Positions 17,631 to 29,267 of a stretch of DNA of 64,000 bases are shown here, piece by piece; position 1 is the stretch's first letter, and every line of letters begins with the position of its first letter. Source of the stretch: Dictyostelium discoideum (Eukaryota); NCBI GenBank assembly GCA_000004695.1, contig CM000153.2:3136001-3200000 (forward strand). The letters are read 5' to 3'. Made by a program: the position numbers and the translations under genes. The notes beneath the pieces are model-generated. The model saw only the letters and a program-made list of their open reading frames with translations, made no database searches and was not told where the DNA came from.

Positions 17631-18039
17631 TCTATTTTCTCTATTATATTATATTTGTTTTGTTTTTTTAATTAAAAATAAAAAAATAAAAAAAAAAATG
17701 AAAATTAAAAAAAATAAATAATAAATGGTGCGCCAAAAAAAAAAAAAAAAAAAAAAAAAAAATAAAAAAATTCCACGAAATAATGTTTTAATCCTAAATG
17801 GTAAAAAAATAAGTGTTTCGTTTTGTTTTGGAAAATAAGTTTTATTTTATTTTATTTTTTTTATTTATAAATAGATTTGATTCAATTTAAATAATTTTTT
17901 TTTTAATAATCCAATGATAAAAAAGGGTCCATTTTATTTTTTATTTCAATTTTTATTTTTATTTATTTAATTTTTTTTTATTATTAATTTTTATTTTTTT
18001 TTTATATTTAATAATTTTTTATTTTTTTATTTTTTTTAA

Positions 18040-18258
18040 TTAATCAATCTCATGATTGGTGTTTTTTTTTTTTTTTTTATTATTTTATTATTTTTTTTTA
18101 TTTTATTTATTTTTAATTAATCAATCTTATGATTAGTGTTATTAATAAATCAAATTGATTAATTAATTATAATTTTGATTATTATTTATAACCATTAATT
18201 TACAAAAGTAAAAAAATGATTATTATTTATAACCATTAATTTACAAAAGTAAAAAAAA
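18040..18258. repeat. Local direct repeats in the spacer upstream of the 18785 gene. (1) aattaatcaatctYatgattRgtgtt at about 18041..18068 and 18115..18143. (2) A perfect 40-nt tandem duplication gattattatttataaccattaatttacaaaagtaaaaaaatg x2 at 18178..18258.
   Basis: Seen directly in the sequence. These are unusually information-rich (non-homopolymer) repeats for an A/T spacer. Confidence 0.8.
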
Positions 18259-18784
18259 TGGAAAAAAGATGGTGTGGAAGAAACAAAAAGGGTCTTAACC
18301 ATATCAACACCCAAAATTTTTACAATCAAAAAAAAAAAATAAAAAATAAAATAAAAAAAACAAAAAATAAAAAAAAATAAAAAAATAAAAAATTTTTTCA
18401 ATAAAAAAAACTTTTTTTTATATAAAATTTTTTTTTTTTTTTATATTTATTATTTTTTTAGCAACCAACAAAAAAAGATATTCAAAAAAAAAAACAATAA
18501 CAATTGTTCCTTTTCAATAGTTTTTTTTTTTTTTATTTTTATTATTATTATTTATGTAGAATTTAAATAACTACATCAGGAGGGGATTAAAGCAAAAAAC
18601 AAAAAAAAACTAAAACAAAAACAAAAACAAAAATAAAAAACAAAATAATTTAGAAACACATAGATTTAAAAAAATAAAATAAAATAAAATAAAATAAAAT
18701 AATAAAAATAACATCAATTTTTTTAAAAAAAAAATAAAAAATTAATTCACTTGTACATTATAAAACAGAATAAATATATCAAAG

Positions 18785-18874
18785 ATGGTATCACCAAGTA
18801 CTAAATCAAATGATGGTACTGTACCATCATTAACAAACAACAACAATAATGGTATTTTTATTTTTAATATTCTA

Positions 18875-18906
<32 letters not shown>

Positions 18907-20380
18907 CCTAATATTTTATTTTTTATAATTTATTTATATAGTTAATAATAATAATAATTTAAATATAGAAATGCCAACATTATCATTAAAAATGGCAAAT
19001 GATTTATTATTAGAGATGGAAAATTTTATAAAGACAGATTTAGCAATGTTAGAGAAATTTTATACAACAGATTATAGGGATGTACCACATGAAAGGGCAA
19101 TAAATAAAGCAAAAAGAAAATTTGAAAAGAGGAGAGGACCATTATTAATTAAACCATTGAATAAAACTAAAAAGAAGATGGTAGTTGGTGAAATGGAATA
19201 TGATCCAAGATCACAAGTTTGGAAAGGTAATTATAATGATTTGAATGCATTCCCAAACCCACCAGCACTTATCACAAATATGGGTGTCAAGACTGATGAA
19301 TCGATGAAATTGGGTAACATGAAATGGGATCCAAATCAAAAGGAGTGGAAAGGTAATGAAGGTGATTTAACCAAATTTAGATTCTTAAAGCCTGCACTCA
19401 TTAGTCAGTTAACACCAAATTTGGATAGTCGTGTCGAGAATGGTATGATCTATGATCCTATCGCAATGAAATGGAAAGGTAATGAAGATGCATTGGATGT
19501 CTTTGAAACAATGGATGATCAAAACAATGATAATACCTTTACCGTTGGTAAAGAGTTTAATTTAACACCATCTTTAATCGCTTCCTTCAAGAAATCCTCA
19601 GAAGCTCACACTAAACAATTAAGTGGTTGGTTTGAAAATAGAGATCTCATTGATAGGGAATATTTGTATAGTATTAGATCAATGTCAATTATCAAATTGG
19701 TTAAATCTGCCTCTTACACAGGCCATGGTAATAATTCTGGATCTGCAAATGGTTCAGGCTCTAGTAGTGGTGGTGGTGCTTCTAATCATCAACCATCATC
19801 ACCTGGTGGTTCAGGTATTATTCCTTTAATACCATCAAAAAAGAAACCAGTTATCGATGAAACTAAAGATTGGGATGATATCGATTTTCAAGAGAAGCCT
19901 GCACTCAAATTAAATTTAAAGATTCATCACGATGCTGAAGATGAAAGAATGATGGCAATGAATGATGAACCAAATTGGGATAAAGAAATGGGTTTCACCT
20001 CTGAAGAGGAAACTTTATCATCAAATAATGAAAATGGTGGTCAATTATCTTCTTCATCACAACCTCATACCCCAAGAAAAACTGTTGAAGAATGGTCCGA
20101 TTTTGATAACACAATGAACTCTACTATCACTGGTAAAATCACACAATTAAATAAAAAAGATAGTAATCTAAATGGTACAAGTAATAGTAGTTTAGGTAAT
20201 CTAATTAATTTCAGTGGTGGTAATATTAGTAATAGTAGTGGTGGTGGTGGTGGTGGTGGTGGTGGTGGTAATAATCCAAAATCATCAGATGATGAAGATT
20301 TTGATTGGACTGGTAATAATACTTTAACAAGTGTAACACTTTCTGGTACATTATATAATAATAATAACAATAATAATAAC

Positions 20381-20465
<85 letters not shown>

Positions 20466-21637
20466 TCAACAACAATAATAATAATAGTGGTAGTATTAAA
20501 TCTAAAAAAGGTGGTAGTCTTAAAGGTGTTTTCATTGGAAATAGTGGATCAATTAGACCTAAAAAGACATCAGATAAATTAAAACGTGGTGGTACATTTG
20601 GTAATATTCAATCATTAGCCGCAGCAATGGCATCAAATACACCATTAAGCTCTAGTAGTAGTACAGTTGCAGGTGGTAATGTTAATGATCTCTATGATGA
20701 TGTTTTCCCAGTGCCAAATGGTTCAGTATTTACCCTTAGAAATAAACCACATGAAGATAACTTTGAAATGTTTTTAGAGAGTAGTAATGGTATTTCAAGT
20801 CCAAAGGATGAACCTTGTGATGAAACTATGAAATTCTTTGAGAGTGAAAAAGATGTTTTCGAAGAGGATTGGCCTGATGTGCGTGTACCAGCTGATTTAG
20901 GTCAAAAGAAATCTCACGAAAGTAGAAAATCACCACCAATCAAAAATAATCTCGTAGAGGATTACTCTGATGAATTGGATATGCCAAAGGTTAGTCAACC
21001 ACTTCAATTGAAAAAACATACTCTCATTGATAATCCATTTGGTGATGATGATGATGTTGGTTTCGAAAATGATAATGATTTTGATTGGGATGATGTATCT
21101 TTCCCTGAAAATCCTTCACAATTAATTTCCTCAACCTCAAAACTTTCAAAACCAATACCTGTTACTGCAAACTCTTCAAATACAACTTCAACCACCACAA
21201 CAACCACAACTACAACATCAAGTAATATTATAATAAATAATATAAAACAAACTAATAATAATAATATTTTTACACCATCAAAAATTAATAATATAAAACC
21301 AACGTTAACACCACAACAAAACTCAAATAATAATTTTAATTTCCAAACTCCTTCATCAACACCATTCCGACCAATTTTCACAAAAAATTTAGATGGTGAT
21401 AATAATAATAATATAAATAATATAAATAATAATAATAGCGCTAATAATACTTTACCAACACCATCAAAAATTAATAATATAAAACCAATGTCAACACCTC
21501 AAAATGTAACACATTTCACTTTCCAAACACCAAATACAACTCCATTCAAACCAACCTATAAACCTAAAAGTGTTATCGAGATTATGAACTCCGATTCTCC
21601 ACCTCCTTCTTTTGAATCTGATAAAAGAAATGTATAA
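18785..21637 (+). CDS. Protein with three tandem about 45-aa repeats (motif M-x-[YW]-DP-x4-W-K-G-N) followed by long low-complexity S/N/T-rich sequence. Candidate Byr4/Bfa1-like (GAP co-factor) repeat protein; family uncertain. Two exons: 18785..18851 and 18969..21637; intron 18852..18968 (GTATTT...TATAG).
   Basis: Exon 1 is MVSPSTKSNDGTVPSLTNNNNN, joined in frame (G+AA gives E) to MPTLSLKMANDLLLEMENFIKTDLAMLEKFY... The repeats are MEYDPRSQVWKGNYNDLNAFPNPPALITNMG, MKWDPNQKEWKGNEGDLTKFRFLKPALISQL and MIYDPIAMKWKGNEDALDVFETMDD. A 40-residue poly-N is encoded by (AAT)n at 20345..20465. The ORF itself is solid; the Byr4/Bfa1 assignment is from memory of that family's imperfect repeats and is low confidence. 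Confidence 0.7.
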
Positions 21638-21782
21638 AAAAAAAAATATATAAAAAAACTAAAATAAAATTATTTAAGATATATAAAATAAAATTAAGAT
21701 ATAAATTGATTTTTTTTTTTTTTTTTTTTTTTTTAAGACCATCAGGATTAATACCAAAATCTTTATTAATATTAAACATGTG

Positions 21783-21801
<19 letters not shown>

Positions 21802-21818
<17 letters not shown>

Positions 21819-24800
21819 AATACATCTTTGTTAAATAAGTGTACGTCATAGAATTCTGCTTTAATGCAATGATAACTAAAATATTTTCCATTTAATTTTG
21901 ACTGACAAGCCATGCCAGAATAAAGATCTTTAAATAAAATATATACTTTTACACTTTGACTATCAGATTTAATAACTAACTTTTCAATTTCACCAAATTC
22001 ATTACATCCTGATCTAATATCATCTTCAAATGATGAGTCTATATCATCTGGTGATCCTGCATTCTTTAAAACTAAACATCTCTATGATTGAAAAAAAAAA
22101 AAAAAAAAGGGATTGGTTAAATATACTTTTTTTTTAAAAAAAGAAGAATAAGTAATATTACTTACTGATGGTTGAGTTGTATCACTTCCCAAAAGTTTTT
22201 GTGTTAGTTGAATTCTTTGCTCAGAGGTTAAGGATGGCTCATTCTCTAAAAATGTTGTTTTATCAACAATATTACCATTATTGAAAATATTATTGTTGTT
22301 ATTATTATTAATATTATTATTATTAGTGTTAGTGTTATTATTATTGTTATTATTATTATTATTATTATTAATATTATTATTAATATTATTGTTATTATTA
22401 TTATTATTGGTGTTGTTGTTATTGTTAATACTATTATTATTGTTATTATTATTGTTCGAACTTTTTGTGGGTCTGCCAACCTTAATTGATCTACCTAATA
22501 ACTCAAATCCATTCATAGTAGCAATTGCATCATCGGCAGATTTCTTCAATTCAAAGTCAACGAATCCAAAACCTTTATGTTTACCTGTGTCTGCATTTTG
22601 CTAGAAAAAAAAAAAAAAAAAAAAGAAAATTAACAAATGTATAAATAATAATATAACAATGATAATATTAACATACCATTAAAAAGCAAGAAATGACTCT
22701 TCCAAATTGACTAAAAATACTTCTAACTTGATCTTCAGTAACATTCCAATTAATTGAACCGATATATATTCTGCTTGCTTCATTAATTGGAACTGGTGGA
22801 GCTGATTCATTTGGCTTTGGAACATCTGGTGTTGGATGTTGAGGTGGATGATGAGATTGTGATAAAATTGGGTGCTGTTGTTGTTGTTGCTGCTGTGGTT
22901 GTTGTGTGTGATGTGGTAAAAGTGATTGGTGATGAATTTGTAATGGTTGTTGTTGTTGTTGTTGTTGTTGTGGTTGTTGTTGCTGTACAGGGGGTTGAAT
23001 TTGTTGGTGGTTTGGTGATAATAATATTTGTTGTTGTTGCTGTTGTTGTTGTTGCTGTTGTTGTTGTTGATGGCTTCCAGTCCCAGTAAAAGGACGGGCC
23101 ACTTTTATAGCTCTTCCACACATTACATAGTTTGTCATACTTTGTAATGCTTTTGCCGCTGATTCTTGATTATCATACTCTATGAATGCATATCCTTTAG
23201 ATTTTCCACTTGCATCTTTACCTAAAGCAAGTGATTTTATATTACCAAACACAGAGAATGTTGCTCTTATAACATCTTCTGTTAAACTAAAATGTAAACT
23301 ACCAACATAAATCCTAGATTGATCTTGTGATGTTGATTGATTTAATGTTGGTGGTATTGGTGTTGTTGTTGTTGTTGGTTGAATAATTGTTGTTGATGGA
23401 GATGTCGGTATTGATGAAAAAATTTGTGTTTGGTGATGATGTAATTGATGTGGTGGTTGTTGAAGTGGTGTTGCTGTTTGTATAACTGGTGCACCAATTT
23501 GAGGTTTAAATTGAGATGATGGTGATGAAATAGGATTCTCACTTGGTTTTACTGTAAAAGTTGTTATTGTAGGAGAGGCTTGCAATGTTGTATTCTTATT
23601 TTCAGCTAAAAAAAAAAAAAAAAAAAAAAAATTAATACCCTATTATCAATTACTTTAATAAGTTGGGAAAAAAAAAAAGTGGAAAAAAAAAAAAAAAAGT
23701 GGAAAAAAAAAAAAAAAAGTGGAAAAAAAAAAAAAAAGTGGAAAAAAATAAAAAAGTGGGAAAAAAAATAAAAAAGTGGAAAAAAATAAAAAAGTGGAAA
23801 AAAAAATAATAATAAAGAAAGGAGATAAATAAAATTGTAAAAATAATAATAAAAAAAAGAAAAGAGAGAAATAAAAATTAAAAAAATAAAAAATAAAAAC
23901 ATTGATATCAAATATTAATATGAATAAAAAAAAGAAAATATAAAGCAAAAAACAAATCACTTTTAATTCTCTCTCTCTCTCCTCTTTGCCCATATCTTTG
24001 CTATTATTAATGAAAATAAAACTAATAATTAAAAGAGAGACTATGGCGAAGAACTTACAATTTGAAGATTCACTTGGGAGATTATCCCAACCAGATGATT
24101 TTCTTTTTGAAGAAAGACTTCTACTTCTATCTCTTGATCTACCTCTTTTTTTTCTTGATCTTCCATTACTATTTGATCTTGATCTTGATTTACTTCTATC
24201 AGTTGTTTTAGTACGTTTTGGTGATCTATCTCTCCTTCTTCCGCCAGCACCAGCTGATTTACTTCTTGAACGTGATCTACTAATATCCATTCTACTACTT
24301 TTAGTATCTCTATTACTTTTAGTGGTACTTCTTGAACGTGACCTGCTTGATTTATGTTTTCTACCACTGCTTCTTGAACGTGATCTACTTTTACTCTTTG
24401 ATCTACTTGATCTATTTCTAAACTTTTTTGAAGATCTTCTACTATCACTTCCAACATCTGATGAATTATAACTACTACGACGTCTATAATACCTATCACT
24501 ACGTTTTCTATCCCTTGATCTTGACCTTGATTTTGTTCTTGATCTTGACCTTGATTTTGATTTTGATTTTGATCTTGATCTACTCTTTGATCTTCGCTTA
24601 TCTTTTGATGTTAATGATTTGTTATTATTACTACTACTACTATTATTATTATTATTATTATAATGTGATTTCTTTCTATCCCTTGATTTTGATCTTGACC
24701 TTGATCTTGACCTACTATTTTTATGTGTCGTTGATGTAGTTGGAATTGCTGATGTTGTTTGATTTGTGTTGTTGTTACCATTACTACTACTCTTTTTATG

Positions 24801-25532
24801 TTTAGAATTTTTTGATCTTGATCTTGATCTTGAAGAGTCTGATGATGATGATGATGATGAGGATGATGATTCTGAGGATGATGCCGATCTTGACCTTGAT
24901 CTTGATTTTGATCTTGAATGTCTTTCAGACTTTTTATCCTTACTTGGCCTCTTTGATGACTTTTTACTATGTTTACCATCTGATGATCTTGACCTAGATC
25001 TAGAGTGTGATGAAGAAGAAGAGGATGATGATGATATTGATTTCTTTGATGATTTTGTACTTTTTGTTGTTTGTGTAAGTACTGTCGTTGTTGGAGTAGT
25101 ATTCTTATCGTCACTATTACTATTACTACTACTACCATTTGTTGTTATTGTTATTGATGTTGATATTGGTGTTGCTGGTATTGGTGTTGTTTTAGTTGGA
25201 GATGATATTGGTGTTGAATTTGATAGTTCAACAGTTGTGGTGGGTTGAGTTTGGTGGCCATTTACTAGACCATTTCCATTCGTACTTGGTGATAAATCAG
25301 TTTTTGCTGTCGTACTATTTTCTATATTTATAGGTAACAAATTTTCTTCTTCACGTGTACCATGATCATTAGTTGCTGTTATCGGTGTTGGTGTTGTTGT
25401 TGGTGTTGGTGTTGTTGTTGTTGTTGTCGGACTAGAACTTGATTTAATGCTACTAATCTTTTTACTATTACTACTTTTTGATGACCTACCACTCATTCTT
25501 TTACCATTTGGTGAACTTGTAGTGTTCTCCAT
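21802..25532 (-). CDS. PUF60/FIR-type splicing factor (two RRMs plus a C-terminal UHM) carrying an about 490-aa N-terminal arginine/serine (RS) domain. Four exons: 24059..25532 (ATG at 25532; RS domain), 22676..23605 (RRM1, poly-Q, first half of RRM2), 22166..22600 (second half of RRM2, poly-N, linker) and 21802..22081 (UHM). Introns are 23606..24058, 22601..22675 and 22082..22165.
   Basis: RRM1 RIYVGSLHFSLTEDVIRATFSVFGNIKSLALGKDASGKSKGYAFIEYDNQESAAKALQSMTNYVMCGRAIKVARP resembles PUF60 RRM1 (RIYVGSIYYEL...KGFAFVEYE...GRNIKVGRP). RRM2 RIYIGSINWNVTEDQVRSIFSQFGRVISCFLM is joined across a 75-nt GTATGT..TCTAG intron to QNADTGKHKGFGFVDFELKKSADDAIATMNGFELLGRSIKVGRP (PUF60 RRM2 ..FGKIKSC...TGKHKGYGFIEYE). 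The UHM is RCLVLKNAGSPDDIDSSFEDDIRSGCNEFGEIEKLVIK...KAEFYDVHLF (PUF60 [29 protein letters not shown]...). The RS exon (SRSRSRSKSR repeats) ends ..WDNLPSESSN-T|GTAAGT and joins in frame to the TTTAG|CT GAA AAT AAG.. exon (..SSN-S-ENKNTTLQASPTITTF). The hydrophobic tail of the listed 625-aa ORF is intron read-through. Confidence 0.8.
23672..23815. repeat. Seven tandem copies of GTGGA(A)n (unit 17-21 nt: gtggaaaaaaaaaaaaaaaa x3, gtggaaaaaaataaaaaa x3, then a degenerate copy). They lie inside the 453-nt first intron of the RS/PUF60 gene; on the transcribed strand they read (T)nCCAC.
   Basis: Seen directly in the sequence. The intron is about 3x the usual intron length seen elsewhere in this window (68-225 nt). 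Confidence 0.85.
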
Positions 25533-25900
25533 TTATTGGTTTGGTTAAAGTTTGAGTTTGATTTGGCTTGATTTGGTTTATTTTTTTTATTTTGTTTTTT
25601 TTTTTTTTTCTTAATTTTTAATTTTTTTATGTTGTCTTTTTATTTTTATTTTTTAAAAATTAAATTTTTTTTTTTTTTTTTTTTTGAAATTTTTTTTTTT
25701 TAAATTAATGAAAAAAAAAATTAAAAAAACCAAAAATAAAAATAAAAATAAAAATTAAAATAAAAATAAAAATAAAAAGTACACCCTTATCAAAGAGTTT
25801 AATGGTGGGTTTAAAAAAAAAAAAAAAAAACTTATCCCACAAAAAAATAATAATAGAGCTTGTATCTGTTGTGTCTTATCCTAATAAAAAATTATTGGGA

Positions 25901-25937
<37 letters not shown>

Positions 25938-27040
25938 CTTCTTTGCTTTTTTTTATATTATAATAAAAATGAAAAAAATAATAATAATAATAAAAAATAA
26001 AAATAAAAATAAATTAAATTAAACAAATGAATGATTAGAGTGCATTTTCTTAATGCCAAAAAAAAAACCTTTTATTTATTTTTATTTTTTTATTTTTTAT
26101 TTTTTTTTTTTTTTTTGTTTTTTTGGATTTTTCTGTATTATCTTGGAATTACATTGGATACATTTATTTGGGATAAACCTTAAATATTTTTCTTTTTTTT
26201 TTTATTTTTGTTTTTTTATTTTTTTTTTTATAATTATTATTATTATTTACAATTTAAATTCTTATTTACAACATATTGTTTTTCTTATTTACATAACCAA
26301 AAATTATTTTTGATTTCTTGTTTTTATAATTAATGATTTGCAAGTAATATAATCTTTGTTCTGTTTTCTTTCAATCTTTGATCCCTAATTTTAATTTGAA
26401 AAACATCACGAGGTAAAAAAAATGATACTATATTATTGAGTTCCATTATTTGAATGTTTTTATACAAGTGTGTTAATTTTGAAAAAAAAGGTGTATATAA
26501 AAAAAAAAAAAAAAAAAAATAATAAAAAAAAAAATAATAAAAAAAAAAAATAATAAAAAAAAAAAATTATATTATTTAAAAAAAAAAAAATAATTAAAAA
26601 AATAATATAGGAAAATAAATTAGATAACAGAACCAAAATAATTAAGAGTTTATTGTATTTACATAAAAAAAAAATAAAAAAATAAAAAAAAAAAAAAAAA
26701 AAAAAATAAAAAATAAATAAAAAAAAAAAAAAAAAAAAAATAAAAAAATAAAAAAAGAAAAAAATTAAAAATAAAAAAAATTTATTCTGATTAAATGGGA
26801 AAAAATTAAAAAAATCAAAAAGACCTCATTTGTGTTTATATAAGAAATCTACTATGTTAATCAAAAGGTTAAAAAAAAATCATAATATTAAATGCTACAT
26901 AAAAAAATAAATAAAAAAAAATATACATATAATAAAAAAAAAATATAAAAACGTTAATAAAAAAAAAAAAAAAAAAGATAAAAAAAAAAAAAAAAAAAAA
27001 CAAATAAAGTTTTACTTTTAATTATTATTATTTTATTATT

Positions 27041-27045
<5 letters not shown>

Positions 27046-27097
<52 letters not shown>
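27046..27097. repeat. (T)52 homopolymer in the 2.9-kb gene-free spacer. Other long homopolymers: (A)47 at 3304..3350, (A)47 at 6185..6231 and (T)40 at 16682..16724.
   Basis: Seen directly in the sequence. Confidence 0.95.
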
Positions 27098-27098
<1 letters not shown>

Positions 27099-27548
27099 TA
27101 ATTAAAATTAATTAATTGTTTTTTTTTTTTTTTTTTCTTAATCGATCGAATTTAATCTATTTTTTTCTCAGATATATGCTATCATTTATTTTAGGACGTT
27201 AGGCAAAAAAAACTAATTAAAAAAAAAAAAATCCAAGTGTTGTCATCCATATAAAAATAAATTAATTGAAAGTGCACACAAATGATGTTATTCCCCAATT
27301 GGTGTTATTTTTTTATTATTTTTATTATTTTTTTTATTTATTTTTTTATTTTATTATTTATTTAATTAAATTTAAATTATTACTACCATTTTTAATAAAA
27401 ACAGGGGTGTTTTTCCATTTTAGGTGGTAATGAAGTTTTATATTGAAAAAAATAATTACCCATTTATATGTCTGAAAAACCCACAATTTATTTATTTGTT
27501 TTTAATTTTTAATATATTTAATAAATCTTTTCAATTACTCAAAGACAC

Positions 27549-27581
<33 letters not shown>

Positions 27582-28138
27582 ATTAATAATAAAATAATAT
27601 AAATAAAAAATTAAATAAAAAAATAAGGAATTAAAAAAGAAACAATAAAAAAAAGACACAATAAATAAAAAAAAAAAAAATATTCTAAAGCATTAAAAAA
27701 AAAAAAAATATAAAATATATCTTAATATTATTATTAATATTATTATATTATAATTATAATTAATTTTATTATTCAATTATAACAATATAATAAAAAAAGG
27801 TTATTGAAAATATTAATACTAAAGTGTAGAAAATATTATATATATCCTTTTAAAGTTTTATCATCAGAAATTACTATTTTTTTTAAAAAAAAAAAACAAA
27901 AACAAAACAAAAACGAATCGTACACACCCCCACCCCTATACTTAACCAAAAAAAAAAAAAAAAAAAAAAAAATAGAGGAAATATTTTTATAAACATTTTA
28001 TCAAATTAGTTTAAATTCACCACTTTTTATTTTACCCCTATTATTAAACCATTTTAAAATAATTAAATAACAATAATTATAATAAAATAAAAAAACAACC
28101 CCAAATTAATTTATTTTGTTTAAAACAAATAAAAAAAC

Positions 28139-28170
<32 letters not shown>

Positions 28171-28413
28171 TTAAATTTTTTAAACATTATTTTTTTATTA
28201 AAAAAATTTTATTTTTTTGTTTAAGTAAATAAAACTATCATTTAAATTATAATAATAAATAAAATTGTTATTTTAATTCTCTACATATTAAATAAAAAAT
28301 TAAACAAATAACCAATAATAGAAATTATTTATAAAATCTATATAATCATTTTAAATAAATATATTTATCGATAATACAATTATTTAAAAAAAAAAAAAAA
28401 TAATAAAAAAAAA

Positions 28414-29004
28414 ATGTCTTATAATATCACAACACCATTAAATAATAATATACAAAATTCATGTCCTTCATTAGGACATTTAATTGAAAATAATAATAAT
28501 AAAATTTTTGATAATAATAGTAATCAATGGAGATTCTCTTATCCATTAGATTTAAATAATAATAATTACAATAATAATAATAATAATAATAATTATAATA
28601 ATATTAAAAATAATAATAAAAATAATAAAATAAATAATTGGAAAAATGGTATAATTTCAAATAATGGATATCAATCAAAGAGTTGTCCAAATTTATTAAA
28701 TTCCTATTCAAAGAAACAACAAAACGAAGAAACAACAAATATTGACTTTAAAGAACTAAATGATATGTTTGAACCAAGACCTGTAAGATCAACAAAATTA
28801 GAAGAAATGGTAAAAGGAAGAATTAAAGAAAGATTAGGAAAATTATTAAATAACGAAATGATGCAAAAACAAGGTAAAGCCATTGGAAAAGGTGCTTCAA
28901 TTTATGAAAATAATATATCAAAATCAAAAGAAAGAGCTAGAAATATTTTATCATTACAACATCAATCCCAACCAAATTTAAGTTCAATTATAATCGTAAA
29001 TTAA
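28414..29004 (+). CDS. Hypothetical low-complexity protein, 196 aa, Asn-rich, with a conserved-looking C-terminal segment.
   Basis: The ORF has an ATG start and a complex C-terminal third (NIDFKELNDMFEPRPVRSTKLEEMVKGRIKERLGKLLNNEMMQKQGKAIGKGASIYENN). No family was recognised. A GTAAAT immediately at the stop leaves a possible downstream exon unresolved. Confidence 0.4.
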   Translation: MSYNITTPLNNNIQNSCPSLGHLIENNNNKIFDNNSNQWRFSYPLDLNNNNYNNNNNNNNYNNIKNNNKNNKINNWKNGIISNNGYQSKSCPNLLNSYSKKQQNEETTNIDFKELNDMFEPRPVRSTKLEEMVKGRIKERLGKLLNNEMMQKQGKAIGKGASIYENNISKSKERARNILSLQHQSQPNLSSIIIVN

Positions 29005-29007
29005 ATT

Positions 29008-29040
<33 letters not shown>

Positions 29041-29267
29041 TTAAAAAAATAAAAAAATTGTATAGATAATTAAATAATTAAATTTTATTATTGTTTTTTT
29101 TTTATTTTTTATTTTATCTTATTAATTAAAAAAAAAATGATAATAAAAATACTATATATATATAGAAGGTTATATTAAATAAATTAAAAATATTTTACTT
29201 TTTTTTTTTATTTTATTTTTTTTTTTATTTTTTTTTTATTTTAATTTTAATTTTGTTATTAATTAAT

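Noticed and set aside
15723-21637. The idea that the window is a dedicated 'cell-cycle/checkpoint island' (APC1, Hus1, histone H1, putative Byr4-like gene).
   Set aside because: The genes are on different strands and interleaved with unrelated housekeeping genes (phosphatase, b5 reductase, Sm D2). With this gene density the co-occurrence is compatible with chance; it is noted only in passing.
22246-23121. ORFs 22246..22479(-), 22281..22604(+), 22787..23089(+), 22807..23121(-) and 23342..23542(-).
   Set aside because: These are off-frame or antisense readings of the (CAA)n/(AAT)n tracts inside the RS/PUF60 gene, giving poly-L/I/V/T/H peptides; the true frame carries the RRMs.
23672-23815. A regularly spaced GTGGA(A)n array considered as a CRISPR-like repeat/spacer structure.
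   Set aside because: This looks like a eukaryotic nuclear segment (spliceosomal introns, histone H1, APC1). The units are A-tract 'spacers' of no complexity, and the array is intronic. It is a minisatellite, not CRISPR.
23606-23911. Track ORF 23606..23911(-), and the hydrophobic F/L-rich C-terminal about 110 aa of the 625-aa ORF 23655..25532.
   Set aside because: Both are read-through of the 453-nt intron of the RS/PUF60 gene (poly-T plus CCAC repeats translated as F/L/P). The coding frame leaves at the GTAAGT donor at 24058.
23986-25248. Plus-strand ORFs 23986..24471, 24428..24739, 24766..25248 and 24812..24997, and minus ORFs 24041..24499 and 24611..25138, within the RS-domain exon.
   Set aside because: RS-dipeptide coding DNA (AGA/TCT repeats) is open in several frames on both strands; only the minus frame continuous with the ATG at 25532 and the downstream RRM exons is meaningful.
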